Source: Candidatus Micrarchaeota archaeon (GTDB taxonomy: Archaea > Micrarchaeota > Micrarchaeia > Norongarragalinales > UBA8480). Taken from it: a stretch of DNA of 46,426 nucleotides. The position numbers and the translations under genes are program-made. Position 1 is the stretch's first letter. Each line of letters opens with the position of its first letter. This document shows positions 36,437-45,942 of the stretch, in pieces. The DNA is taken from positions 1 to 46,426 of the forward strand of contig JAZDHP010000010.1 of assembly GCA_043805855.1 (NCBI GenBank), read 5' to 3'. Below the pieces are notes generated by a model. It had not been told where the DNA came from. It searched no databases and worked only from the letters and a program-made list of their open reading frames with translations.

Positions 36437-37633
36437 ATGGCGCAAGCTGAAATTAACATTGGTACAATTGGACACGTTGACCATGGTAAGACAACGCTAG
36501 TTTCAGCTTTAACTGGAGTTTGGGCCGACACTCATAGTGAAGAGAAAAAGCGTGGAATTACGATTAAACTTGGGTACGCTGATGTTAATGTTTACGTTTG
36601 CAAGTGCAGCGAATACGGTACAAGTGAAAAGTGCAAAAAATGCGGCGGCACTGCTGAGCTTTTGAAAAAGATTTCGTTCCTCGACGCTCCTGGCCACGAA
36701 ACGCTAATGGCAACTGTAATTGCCGCTAGCAGTGTAATGGATGGCGCGTTGTTCGTCATTTCTGCAAATGAAAAGTGTCCACAACCGCAAACCATTGAAC
36801 ACTTAAGCGTTTTAGAAGCTGCTGGCATTTCTACTGTTGTCATCGCACAGAATAAAGTTGACCTAGTTACAAAAGAACAAGCTAAACAAAATTACAAGGA
36901 AATCAAAGCGTTTCTCAAAGGTTCGCAGTTTGAAAATGTAACTATAATTCCAGTAAGCGCAAGCAGCGGGCTAAACGTCGGCGTGTTACTCCAAGCGCTT
37001 GTAAGCGAAATAAAACCACGGCCAAAAGTAGAAGGCAATCCCTTGCTTTACGTTGCTCGTAGTTTTGACGTTAACAAACCAGGAGTTGCAATTGAAAAAA
37101 TTGCAGGTGGCGTTCTCGGCGGTTCAATTGTACGCGGCGAGTTCAAACAAGGCGACGAAATTGAAATATTCCCCGGGATAACGCGTACAAAAAAAGACAA
37201 GGAGAATCTTATGCCGTTGCGTTCCAAGATAGTTGCAATTCACGCTGGAAAAGAAAAACTAGAAAAAGCAACTACCGGCGGGTTAGTTGGGCTTTCAACG
37301 CAACTAGACCCCGCGCTTTCGCGGGCAGATTCGCTGGTTGGCTGCCTTGTTGGTAAAATCGGCACGTTGCCAAAGCCGCTTTTTGAAATGACTCTCGAGC
37401 TCAAGCCGCTTAACCGTAGGGTTGAAAAATTTGCAGATACTTTCTTGCCAAACGAACCGCTTGTAATTGGAGTTGGCACAGCAACGACAATTGGATTCGT
37501 GACTAGTTTCAAGAAGAACAAAGCGCAGTTAAAATTGAAGAAATCCGTTTGCGTTGACCCGAGTGCCAAAATTGCAGTTATGCGCCGAGCAGGAAACAGA
37601 TGGCACTTATACGCCGCTGCGACACTTGTTTAA
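36437..37633 (+). CDS. eif2g: Translation initiation factor aIF2 gamma subunit
   Basis: QAEINIG.IGHVDHGKT, RGITIKLGYA, DAPGHE, PQPQT.EHL, RSFDVNKPG. Confidence 0.97.
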   Translation: MAQAEINIGTIGHVDHGKTTLVSALTGVWADTHSEEKKRGITIKLGYADVNVYVCKCSEYGTSEKCKKCGGTAELLKKISFLDAPGHETLMATVIAASSVMDGALFVISANEKCPQPQTIEHLSVLEAAGISTVVIAQNKVDLVTKEQAKQNYKEIKAFLKGSQFENVTIIPVSASSGLNVGVLLQALVSEIKPRPKVEGNPLLYVARSFDVNKPGVAIEKIAGGVLGGSIVRGEFKQGDEIEIFPGITRTKKDKENLMPLRSKIVAIHAGKEKLEKATTGGLVGLSTQLDPALSRADSLVGCLVGKIGTLPKPLFEMTLELKPLNRRVEKFADTFLPNEPLVIGVGTATTIGFVTSFKKNKAQLKLKKSVCVDPSAKIAVMRRAGNRWHLYAAATLV

Positions 37634-37690
37634 ACCTCAGAATTTTTGCAAGAAAAGCGTTTTTAACCAACTTAACGTTACTAATCGCAT

Positions 37691-39121
37691 ATGTCTACTT
37701 TGACAAACGTATGGTACCGCAACTGGCAAGCTAAATTAAAGTCCGTTGCATTTACAGATATTAGCAACGTCACTACGCTATGCGCGTTTAACGCGTTGAC
37801 TGACAAAGTAATTACTTATAACTCGCGTTCATTTGCGCCGTTGTTTAACACTTTTGAAAAGAACAGTCGCTACTTGTTGAAAAAAGCAAATTCTAAAATT
37901 AGCCGCGTTGACTCGCCCGCAATGCTTGCAGCTGCGCTTCTGCAATGTTTTAAAACCGGCAAAGCAATGCACGTTCCCGCGAATCAGCAATTACTCAATT
38001 GGCTTGAAAGCACTTTTTCAACGCACGGTTCAATAGGCGGTCAAGCGGGTATAATCGCGAACCAGCTTGCGCTTCTAGGCGGAAAGCCAATTTTATACAC
38101 TTCGCCTTTATCGCCGCAACTCGCGCAGTTATTTTCTCCCAGGGTTAAATTCCCAGTTGCGGGAAATGATTTAACTTTTATCCCAGTTACTCACGCTGGC
38201 CAGCGTGGAAAGCACAGCAAGACTAATTTCGTTATTGAATTTCAAAAAGGCGCTGCAATTCGCTTTAATGGCGCGATATACGTTGCCCCGCGGGCAAATA
38301 GAATAATTTTATCCTCGCCGTACATGCATCCGCCATTGTTTGAAACTGAACTAGTACACTTTCTCCCGCGGCTAGGTGAAAAGATCAATGCGGGGATATT
38401 TTCAGGCTACCAGGCACTGCAGCCGCTGTACGAAGACGGCACAACTTATGAATATTACTTGTCTCTAGAGGAACTTTACCTAACGATGTTAAAGAGTCAC
38501 AAGAACGTTCCGTTGCACGTTGAGTACGTGTCAACTCCGTTTAAAGACGTTGACAAAATGATCTACGAGCATATTACAAAGCACGTTGACAGTTTTGGAT
38601 TAAACGAAATTGAACTAGTTGAACTTTCTGAAAAACTAGGTTTTAGCCGGCTTGGGAGAGAAATTGTAAAGAAGGAAAACGTTGTTACGCTTCACGCAGC
38701 AGCTTATCAAGTGCTTAATGCTTTGCAACTAAAACGATTACACGTTCACAACCTCGGCTATCATTTGGTATTGTTGAAAAAGCCAATTGACATTGCTAGC
38801 CAACGCAAGCAGGTAAATGGTGTGCTTTTTGGTTCCCTCGTAGCTACTTCTCGCGCGTTGCATGGCAAGGAAATTACAAAGAGTGAAGTGCACGATGCGC
38901 TTTCAATTCCAGTAACGCAAAATGGCTTAAACCAAATGGCGCAAATGTGCGCACACTTATCACTATCGCGGCCGCGCGCTGAACACGCGCTGCTAACTGG
39001 CATTTTTGACATGCACGACCACATTGCGCTTGTAATTCCTGGACAAGTTGCGCCTCTCTTGAGAAAAACAGTTGGCCTAGGTGATACTGTTTCTGCATGC
39101 TCGTTTATAGCGGGGCTTTGA
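37691..39121 (+). CDS. ADP-dependent glucokinase/phosphofructokinase
   Basis: GGQAGIIANQL, PRANR.I, FSGYQ, GLNE.EL, TVGLGDTVS. Confidence 0.92.
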   Translation: MSTLTNVWYRNWQAKLKSVAFTDISNVTTLCAFNALTDKVITYNSRSFAPLFNTFEKNSRYLLKKANSKISRVDSPAMLAAALLQCFKTGKAMHVPANQQLLNWLESTFSTHGSIGGQAGIIANQLALLGGKPILYTSPLSPQLAQLFSPRVKFPVAGNDLTFIPVTHAGQRGKHSKTNFVIEFQKGAAIRFNGAIYVAPRANRIILSSPYMHPPLFETELVHFLPRLGEKINAGIFSGYQALQPLYEDGTTYEYYLSLEELYLTMLKSHKNVPLHVEYVSTPFKDVDKMIYEHITKHVDSFGLNEIELVELSEKLGFSRLGREIVKKENVVTLHAAAYQVLNALQLKRLHVHNLGYHLVLLKKPIDIASQRKQVNGVLFGSLVATSRALHGKEITKSEVHDALSIPVTQNGLNQMAQMCAHLSLSRPRAEHALLTGIFDMHDHIALVIPGQVAPLLRKTVGLGDTVSACSFIAGL

Positions 39122-39127
39122 TTGTAA

Positions 39128-40165
39128 ATGGCCAAAATTAACTTTGTGCGTCATTTGGTTGAAGAAGCGAAGTTTCGCCGATCTAAGCTAAAACCGCCTG
39201 AAGTTAAGTTTCGCAACGGCGGCGATAAGCATAAGTTTCTTTTTTACTTTAGTCCACATCGCGATATTAGAGATGTGCGTCATCTATTTCCAATTGTCGA
39301 GCAGTTTAAACCGCATGTTGTCTGTATCGAGCACGCACATTCAACTCTCGACGAAGCGAAATTAGTTGAATCAATGCTCACGATCTCGCCGCATTTAATA
39401 GGTGATAGTTATCACGCTGGCGTTTATGCTGTAACTAGACCTTTTCGGCCAAAAGTTATAGTGTTAGAGCGGTTTGATCCACAAGAAGCAAAGCGAATTG
39501 AAGAGCTATACGCGGCGGCTGATGAGATGGATTCGCAAGTCATGAATTTGTTTTATGATGGGAAACTTGCAGATGCGACAAAATTGTTGCGCGAGTCACT
39601 AACAAAACGCACTGAAGCTACTTTGGTGCGAGAACGCTTTGTAAAAGATGCTTTGCATGCTTTGCCAGAAACAGTAGCTTCTCGTTTTCCGGACCTAGCG
39701 TCGCAAAAACAACTTAGGGTATTAGTAGCTTATGGAGGTACTCATTCTTCAATATTTTCAAGTGCTTCAGAACAAGATCGACAAAAAGAACGGTTTATTA
39801 CAAAACCAAATTACCTTTCGGCTATTGACGCGCACCTCAGGCGTGCGAGTTTTAGAAGGCCGTCTAAATTAAGCGAGGCGGCACTCGGTAAAAGTTTGGC
39901 TAATATAATTTTAGCTATGCATGTCGCTACGCTTGGCGTAAACCGCTCAAATGCCAATGCATTCGGGTGCACAATGGCAAAAAACATTAACACTAGTCGT
40001 CTCCAGGCAGTATCTCAAGAATTAGAAAAGTTAAACGGAGTTAAAATGTCTGATGTGGGTAGATTGAGACTTGCGTTTAAGAAAAGCGGAGTGGTAATTC
40101 CTAGAACTAAGTTAGGAGTTCACAGCTTTCTACGCGAACATCGTATTCCACTTGCACAGGAGTGA
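39128..40165 (+). CDS. Basic protein with TraB/GumN(Tiki)/EreA-like hydrolase motifs
   Basis: FSPH...KPHVVCIE...RERF...VLVAYGGTH follows the H/E/R/GxxH order of that fold. Confidence 0.45.
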   Translation: MAKINFVRHLVEEAKFRRSKLKPPEVKFRNGGDKHKFLFYFSPHRDIRDVRHLFPIVEQFKPHVVCIEHAHSTLDEAKLVESMLTISPHLIGDSYHAGVYAVTRPFRPKVIVLERFDPQEAKRIEELYAAADEMDSQVMNLFYDGKLADATKLLRESLTKRTEATLVRERFVKDALHALPETVASRFPDLASQKQLRVLVAYGGTHSSIFSSASEQDRQKERFITKPNYLSAIDAHLRRASFRRPSKLSEAALGKSLANIILAMHVATLGVNRSNANAFGCTMAKNINTSRLQAVSQELEKLNGVKMSDVGRLRLAFKKSGVVIPRTKLGVHSFLREHRIPLAQE

Positions 40166-40212
40166 AGGACTTTAAATTCTCTTTTTATCTAATTTATAGC
40201 GTTGATTATGGT

Positions 40213-41616
40213 ATGTTGAGATTGTATAACACTTATACTCGCAGAAAAGAAGAGTTCAAGTCTTTGAAAAACAAAGAAGTGAGGATGTATTGTTGTGGCC
40301 CTACTGTTTACAACTATGCACATATTGGCAATCTACGCACGTATGTTTTTGAAGATGTGCTTCGCCGCTTTTTAATTTACCGCGGGTACAAAATGTTAGA
40401 AGTGATGAACTTTACTGACGTAGATGACAAAACGATTAAAGGAGCAAAGCAAGAAAACGTGTCGCTCAAGGAATTTACTGAGAAATATGAAAAACTTTTC
40501 ATAGCGGATTGTTCAGCTCTTAATATTCAACCTCCGGAAGTGCGCTGCAAGGCAACTGAACACATTAAAGAAATGGTGGACAACATTAAGCAGTTAATGG
40601 AAAAAGGATACGCGTACAAAGCAAGCGACGGAAGCGTATATTACAAGTTAGCCGAATTTCCAGAATACGGGTTACTTTCACATTTAGACTTAGCTGGATT
40701 AAAACCAGGCGCCCGCGTTTCATCTGATGAGTACGAAAAAGAAGGAGCAAGTGACTTCGCGCTGTGGAAAGCATGGACTCCCGACGATGGAAACGTTTAC
40801 TGGGAAACTGAACTTGGTAAAGGCAGGCCTGGTTGGCACATTGAATGCAGTGCAATGTCAACAAAATACCTCGGCAACTTTTTTGACATTCACTCTGGGG
40901 GAATAGATTTGATATTTCCTCATCATGAAAACGAAATTGCACAAAGTCAACCATTAAGTGGAAAGCCACTTGCAAACTACTGGGTGCATGGTGGGCACTT
41001 GCTAGTCGACGGGCAGCGAATGGGTAAACGTTTCAAAAACTTTTATACATTGGCAGATTTAGCACAAAAAGGATTTAGCCCATTAGTTCTACGTTACTTC
41101 TACGTCTCTTCTCATTACCGCCAGCAGCTTAACTTTACCTTTGAAGCGCTTCAAAACTGTCAAAACACTTTAAACAAATTACAATTGTTCCTCGACGAAA
41201 CGAAACGTCGTAGCAGAAAAGGTAAACCGTCAGTTGAAATTGAAGGGCTAATTAGCGGCATGTTAAAAGAAGTTGACTACGCGCTGGGTAATGATTTAGA
41301 AACGCCAACCGCACTAGCGGTTTTGCACAAGTTCGTAAAAAAAGCAAATAGGTCAGAATTATCTCCAGTAGATTGCACTGTGGTTGTCGAAGCGTTGAAA
41401 TTAGTTGACTCTATTTTTGGCTTTTTCAATTGGATGGGAAGCGAGAAAAAAGTAAACGTGAAACTAAAAGCAGAAGTTGAAAAGCTACTCGCACAACGCG
41501 CTGCTTTGCGCAGTGAAAAGAAGTTCAAAGAAGCTGACGAAATTCGCGATAAAATCGCCGCGCTCGGTGTAATTGTTGAAGATTCGCCGACTGGCCAAGT
41601 GTGGCGCTTAGCGTAA
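40213..41616 (+). CDS. cysS: Cysteinyl-tRNA synthetase
   Basis: MYCCGPTVYNYAHIGN, DFALWK, GRPGWHIECSAMS, DIHSGG.DL.FPHHENE. Confidence 0.97.
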   Translation: MLRLYNTYTRRKEEFKSLKNKEVRMYCCGPTVYNYAHIGNLRTYVFEDVLRRFLIYRGYKMLEVMNFTDVDDKTIKGAKQENVSLKEFTEKYEKLFIADCSALNIQPPEVRCKATEHIKEMVDNIKQLMEKGYAYKASDGSVYYKLAEFPEYGLLSHLDLAGLKPGARVSSDEYEKEGASDFALWKAWTPDDGNVYWETELGKGRPGWHIECSAMSTKYLGNFFDIHSGGIDLIFPHHENEIAQSQPLSGKPLANYWVHGGHLLVDGQRMGKRFKNFYTLADLAQKGFSPLVLRYFYVSSHYRQQLNFTFEALQNCQNTLNKLQLFLDETKRRSRKGKPSVEIEGLISGMLKEVDYALGNDLETPTALAVLHKFVKKANRSELSPVDCTVVVEALKLVDSIFGFFNWMGSEKKVNVKLKAEVEKLLAQRAALRSEKKFKEADEIRDKIAALGVIVEDSPTGQVWRLA

Positions 41617-41625
41617 ATTAGTTGT

Positions 41626-42072
41626 TTAACTTGTTTGTTTAACTTTTGTACGTTTTGCTTTTTGTGGAATTGATTTTCCGTCAATTGCCAAAGCTTGGTC
41701 CATTGAATCTCGCAATTGTTTCAACACGCTTCTACCAACGTCGCCTGCAAAAATAACTCCCTTGTTGTTGGCAATGTCTAAATGAATTAGCTCAGGTACG
41801 TACTTGTTCTTCTCTTCGTCAAGCACCTGCGGGTAACGTAAAGGTTTTAGTTTAAAAACAACTTGTCCGTGATTTACAATATTTTCAATCTTAATTGCGT
41901 TAGGTGCAAATTTATTTACAACTAAAAGTATAACAAAGTTTAACACGACTAGTCCGACGAAAAATAAAAGAAAGTAGTAGTTCTCTTCAAGTAAAGTCAA
42001 GGCTATTGCTACTATTCCAGTCCAGAAAAGCGCGTTTACGCCTAGATTTTTCAACGTTGAATTGTAATTCAT
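41626..42072 (-). CDS. Hypothetical protein with two N-terminal TM helices
   Basis: Hydrophobic residues about 10-52; TATAAAA box upstream. Confidence 0.65.
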   Translation of the reverse strand: MNYNSTLKNLGVNALFWTGIVAIALTLLEENYYFLLFFVGLVVLNFVILLVVNKFAPNAIKIENIVNHGQVVFKLKPLRYPQVLDEEKNKYVPELIHLDIANNKGVIFAGDVGRSVLKQLRDSMDQALAIDGKSIPQKAKRTKVKQTS

Positions 42073-42111
42073 ACGTTTCTAGCCAAAGCCAGACTTTTAT
42101 AGTTATCTCTT

Positions 42112-42174
42112 TTTACTTAACGAAGCGCGAGCTTCGTTAAGGCCTTACACTTCGCTCGGCGAAGTGTAAGTTAA
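42112..42174 (+). repeat. Twin-hairpin repeat element, copy 2
   Basis: CTTAACGAAGC-GCGA-GCTTCGTTAAG, GC, CTTACACTTCGC-TCG-GCGAAGTGTAAG, TTAA. Confidence 0.75.
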
Positions 42175-42250
42175 CAGCGGGGCAGTTACTTCGTGTGTTT
42201 TAGCGTTTCCACTAAAACGTTTTTGTAAATACTGTTTAGAACTTTAGCTG

Positions 42251-42514
42251 CTAGAGTTTTTCAACTGTTTTTTCTAAGTCTTTAAGTTCTTTTTTTACTT
42301 CGTCGATTGCGTCGGTTAAGTGTTTCTTTGGGCTTTTTCCTTTTACAATTAGCACTGGGTTGCCGAGCAAGGGGTGGTCGTCGTTGCAGCCTGCAAATTC
42401 AACTTCCTTATCGCCTGCAAGTTTTTCAACAACTAACGCACATATGGCTTTGTCTTCGCCCATGAGTTTTATTTTTATCTCGTCCTTTTCGTCTTTTATA
42501 AATTCAACTTTCAT
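42251..42514 (-). CDS. rpoL: DNA-directed RNA polymerase subunit L (Rpo11)
   Basis: GED......L...L.....VEFAG....HPL...P.L.V....P...L..A. Confidence 0.85.
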   Translation of the reverse strand: MKVEFIKDEKDEIKIKLMGEDKAICALVVEKLAGDKEVEFAGCNDDHPLLGNPVLIVKGKSPKKHLTDAIDEVKKELKDLEKTVEKL

Positions 42515-42609
42515 CGTAGTAATTCACCATTTAAACAGTAAAAATAGAGTTAGATAGAAAAAGGGAAAAGGGGGTTTAAAACACTATTTATGCCCCCAGT
42601 TAGTTTTAC

Positions 42610-42828
42610 CTAGCAGCTTTTCATTAATTTGCAAACGCCGCTTACTCCAACTAGAATTCCAACTACGCCTGCTGCGAGTGGTAGAGTTAGATAGCCAGCT
42701 GCGTATCCAAGTAACGCGAGCGCCATTAAAATTTTTGCACACGCGTTGATTTTACGACATGAACAATCTTTACCGCTGCACATGTCGCATGACATTGCGC
42801 TTGTTTTCTTTACAACTTTTTTCGCCAT
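42610..42828 (-). CDS. Small membrane protein with Cys-rich N-terminus
   Basis: CDMC...CSC followed by a hydrophobic hairpin; GGGTGA RBS. Confidence 0.6.
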   Translation of the reverse strand: MAKKVVKKTSAMSCDMCSGKDCSCRKINACAKILMALALLGYAAGYLTLPLAAGVVGILVGVSGVCKLMKSC

Positions 42829-42937
42829 TATTTACAAATCACCCTAAAGAGCACTGAAGCTCTATTGGAAGAAATACGAAGTGGAAGTATATAAACAAAA
42901 AGGAAGGAAAAGTAAAAATATAATAGAGAAAAATTAG

Positions 42938-43876
42938 TTAGTAGCTGTAATGCTTTACAACTTGCACGTCGTGTTTGAAAAAGCGAGCCATTTTCTTAGC
43001 AAGCTGAATTGCTTGTTCTTCATTGTCGGTCATTTTGTATTCGCGTTGTCCGGACTCTACATTTAAAGCTACTCCTTTATGTAAGCCTCTTTCAAAAACA
43101 TGTATGCGGTGGCCGGCAAGTGATCCAACTGTAACCCATTGCCTTGCGGTTATCTGTTGCTTTGCCTGTTCTCTTTCAGCTTCGCTGAATTCCAATACCG
43201 GTTCTACTAATAGATCGGGGGTTTTACTTGCGCCTGTTTTAGTATAAAGCCAGTCAGCTGATGCTTTTGCAGTTGGAGTAAAAACGGAGTGAAACATTTC
43301 TGGTCTACCTGGAAAAACTTCAGCAATTCTATCGGCGCGTAATTCGCTTGAACCGTAGGAGTTTTTGCGGGTCGTTACTTTGCTAAGCATTCTTTCCATG
43401 TACCCTTTATATTTGCTTGGAACAACTTTGAATCGCTCAGTTTCTCCTTTTGGTGCGGTTACTACTTGCACAGATACGACGTTTTTTTCAAGTGCTGCCC
43501 AATCGCGGGTTGTAGTAGGAGCTCTTCTACTTGTAACTAGTTTAACAATTGCTTTTCCAGTTGCTTTTGCAGCGCGAGCTATTGTACTTTCTGCTTTTGG
43601 AATGCCGTTTAGTAAGTGGCTTAACCCCGCGTCCGGAGTTTTTTCAAGTGCTTGCCTTTGCAATTCTCTTAAATGGGCAACTACCTTTTCGTATTCAGGC
43701 TTTTCTTTTTTGTCAGCTACGTGTTGCTTTATTCTTTTTCCCAGTTCAACGAGTTCTCCTTCTCGAATTGTACCAGCAGCAACTCCAGCGAGTAAGTGTC
43801 TTTTCAATGGTTCAGTTAAATAGCCGTGCCGTGGAATTTGGCCTATAATTTTTTCTTCTTTAGCGGTAAATGGCAT
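42938..43876 (-). CDS. Basic hypothetical protein downstream of tRNA-Val
   Basis: 312-aa ORF with TTTTAAA box about 25 nt upstream (leaderless-type). Confidence 0.65.
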   Translation of the reverse strand: MPFTAKEEKIIGQIPRHGYLTEPLKRHLLAGVAAGTIREGELVELGKRIKQHVADKKEKPEYEKVVAHLRELQRQALEKTPDAGLSHLLNGIPKAESTIARAAKATGKAIVKLVTSRRAPTTTRDWAALEKNVVSVQVVTAPKGETERFKVVPSKYKGYMERMLSKVTTRKNSYGSSELRADRIAEVFPGRPEMFHSVFTPTAKASADWLYTKTGASKTPDLLVEPVLEFSEAEREQAKQQITARQWVTVGSLAGHRIHVFERGLHKGVALNVESGQREYKMTDNEEQAIQLAKKMARFFKHDVQVVKHYSY

Positions 43877-43912
43877 GAAAAGAAATAGGGCATTTGGTTT
43901 AAAAAAGAGCGA

Positions 43913-44051
43913 TGGGCCTACTGAGAATCGAATACCTGAACCAATCCTTTTTCTTTTCTGCTGAAAGGCTTTTCTTTTTAATAAAAAGAAAAGGGTTTCT
44001 CAGGGTTTCCTCCGTGTGAGGGAGGCGTCTTAGCCACTCGACTATAGGCCC
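43913..44051 (-). tRNA. tRNA-Val(CAC) with a 66-nt intron at 53/54; exons 44051-43999 and 43932-43913
   Basis: GGGCCTA/TAGGCCC acceptor stem, CCTCC/GGAGG anticodon stem, CAC at 44018-44016; T-arm CTGAG-TTCGATT-CTCAG is restored after intron removal. Confidence 0.9.
43933..43998 (-). other. Non-canonical tRNA intron (53/54) with BHB and T/A-rich hairpin
   Basis: Helix CCTG/CAGG, bulges AG|A and TA|T, helix AACC/GGTT; hairpin CTTTTCTTTTT-ATT-AAAAAGAAAAG. Confidence 0.85.
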
Positions 44052-44097
44052 AATTTATATCATTAATGGGGCGGTTTAGGATTAAAAATCGTCGGAA

Positions 44098-44535
44098 TTA
44101 AAGTTTATCATTTATAAATTCATATAATCGATGCGTCGTCCATATTGTTATGCAGTGTTTTTCAAACAGTTCTTTGGATTTTTGTGTAAAGTGCGGGTCG
44201 TTACTCCAAATTCCACAATCGCCGGCGCTTAATGCCACGGCCGCAAACGGCCAGTCATTTTCATCTTCAATAACGCCAGCAGCTTCAGCTAAGTGGTGTG
44301 CGTAGGTTGTTTTTGGAACTATGTGAATAATTCGGCGTATAACTTGGCAAAAATCTTCAAAGTCTTGTTCGTTAATTTTAGCTTTTCTGATTATTTCTTC
44401 TCGGTGTTCGTTAAGTTCTTCAAATAGGTATTCTGGGCTAAATAGTTCTAAGTCGAACCTCAACAGTAGCCGTCTGGTTGTAGAATCTTTTATGATGGCG
44501 GCGATTATGATGTTTGTGTCTACAATTAGTTTCAT
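44098..44535 (-). CDS. PIN-domain (VapC-like) toxin
   Basis: LIVDTNIII...D.ND.PF.A.AL....IWSND.HF. Confidence 0.88.
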   Translation of the reverse strand: MKLIVDTNIIIAAIIKDSTTRRLLLRFDLELFSPEYLFEELNEHREEIIRKAKINEQDFEDFCQVIRRIIHIVPKTTYAHHLAEAAGVIEDENDWPFAAVALSAGDCGIWSNDPHFTQKSKELFEKHCITIWTTHRLYEFINDKL

Positions 44536-44606
44536 TAACCAGACTTCTGTGGTCAATTAATAAAAGCTAATCTATGTTGGTGGTTGACGTTTAGAAAAAA
44601 TAGGTG

Positions 44607-44837
44607 TTATTTTGTTCCTTCATGTCGTTTTCTCATTCCTTGTTTTATCTTTTCAGATAGTTCCTTAACGTCGCTTTCGGTTAATTTGCTTTTGGAAGCA
44701 ATTCGGTTAAGTGTCTCGAGCATATCTACTCGGTCTTCAACTGCTTTTCTCACTATTTCGCTCCACCTTACTTCGGGGAATTGTTTCATTTTATCAAACG
44801 TTTCTTCAGGGATTGACAAAGTTATGTTTCTAGTCAT
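44607..44837 (-). CDS. RHH (VapB/CopG-like) antitoxin
   Basis: NITLSIPEE....MK.FPEVRWSEIVRKAV. Confidence 0.85.
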   Translation of the reverse strand: MTRNITLSIPEETFDKMKQFPEVRWSEIVRKAVEDRVDMLETLNRIASKSKLTESDVKELSEKIKQGMRKRHEGTK

Positions 44838-44932
44838 GTTATCACTTATTTATGTGAACTAACTTATTTAAATACATTCGTTTTTTTGGCGGTTAATTTA
44901 GCTTTTATATTTCTCTTTGTTACTATTCGTCT

Positions 44933-45412
44933 ATGGCAGTTGGTTTAGTTTTGCGGAAAACAAAAAACGGTAAGGGCGCTTTTGCAACGCGGTTATTTAA
45001 AGCTGAAGAAGAAATACTTGAATTCAAAGGCAAGCTTTTTTCCTATAGTGAATTGCCGGTTCCATATAATTCTGTTGAAGATCATTTTGTGCAAGTTGGG
45101 CCTAAGCTATATTTAGGTCCGTCTGGTGGTATTGATGATTTTGTCAACCATTCTTGCGACCCAAATGCTGGTTTGCGTTTTCTTGGTCGTAAGTTTGTGC
45201 TAGTTGCAATTCGGGATATTACTGCGGGCGAGGAAGTTACTTTTGACTATTCTACAACGATGGATGAAGATGAGTGGGAGTTACAGTGTAATTGTGGTTC
45301 TAAAAAATGCCGGCGCGTAATTAGAGATTTTAAATACTTGCCGCGTGAAATTCAAAAGAAATACATTTCGGCAAAAGTAGTGCCAGAGTTTATTTTGGGC
45401 AATTTAGCCTAG
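44933..45412 (+). CDS. SET-domain protein-lysine methyltransferase with post-SET Zn site
   Basis: GKGAFA, FVNHSCDPNA, RDI.AGEEVTFDY, CNCGSKKCR. Confidence 0.92.
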   Translation: MAVGLVLRKTKNGKGAFATRLFKAEEEILEFKGKLFSYSELPVPYNSVEDHFVQVGPKLYLGPSGGIDDFVNHSCDPNAGLRFLGRKFVLVAIRDITAGEEVTFDYSTTMDEDEWELQCNCGSKKCRRVIRDFKYLPREIQKKYISAKVVPEFILGNLA

Positions 45413-45460
45413 TTTTGTCTACGCGGAAGTTTTAAATTGCCCGCCCGCGTTGTTTTGTTT

Positions 45461-45880
45461 ATGGTAGCTCATCGTATTATTTGGCTTAAAGTTGGTAGTA
45501 AGAGGTTTCACTTGTTGAAATTAGCCGGCGCGTTTTTCATCTTTGCCGCTGTGCTGAAAGTAGCTGAAGCAGCTTATCAGATTTTCGTAACCGCTAACAA
45601 AGCGACGTACGCGCAGATTGACCCCACTCTCATTCCATCGCTGTTTGGCTGGGCAATGGGTGCACAACCCTCCGGCGGTTCCTTCCTAGTTGAAGACCTG
45701 GTTGGGGTGCTTCTTGGACCGATTGCGTTGTTTCTATTCTGGCTCGGGCTAGCGGTAGTGGCAATTATGGTGTACCAAAGCGGAAAAGTTATACTTCCAA
45801 TAGAAGAGTACGAACAGCAAATCTCCGACCACCACAAGAACCTAATCAGAAAAGCAGTGCAAAGCCACAAACGAAAGTAA
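45461..45880 (+). CDS. Hypothetical membrane protein
   Basis: Two hydrophobic helices; ATG 45461 downstream of TTTTAAA. Confidence 0.65.
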   Translation: MVAHRIIWLKVGSKRFHLLKLAGAFFIFAAVLKVAEAAYQIFVTANKATYAQIDPTLIPSLFGWAMGAQPSGGSFLVEDLVGVLLGPIALFLFWLGLAVVAIMVYQSGKVILPIEEYEQQISDHHKNLIRKAVQSHKRK

Positions 45881-45942
45881 AACTGCTTTTACTTTCTTTT
45901 TATTTTCTCTTTCTTTTTGTTTTCTTTTAATTTTCAGCTAGT

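Noticed and set aside
41010..41045. CysRS has RMGKR in place of KMSKS
   Set aside because: A motif variant that keeps the second lysine; the rest of the enzyme is canonical.
43365..43848. Long antisense ORFs here and opposite tfb, infB, lysS and eif2g
   Set aside because: Shadow frames of well-supported genes with no motifs of their own.
44536..44606. Unusual 71-nt gap between antitoxin and PIN toxin as another hairpin insertion
   Set aside because: Only a 5-bp GTCAA/TTGAC match and no similarity to the other elements.
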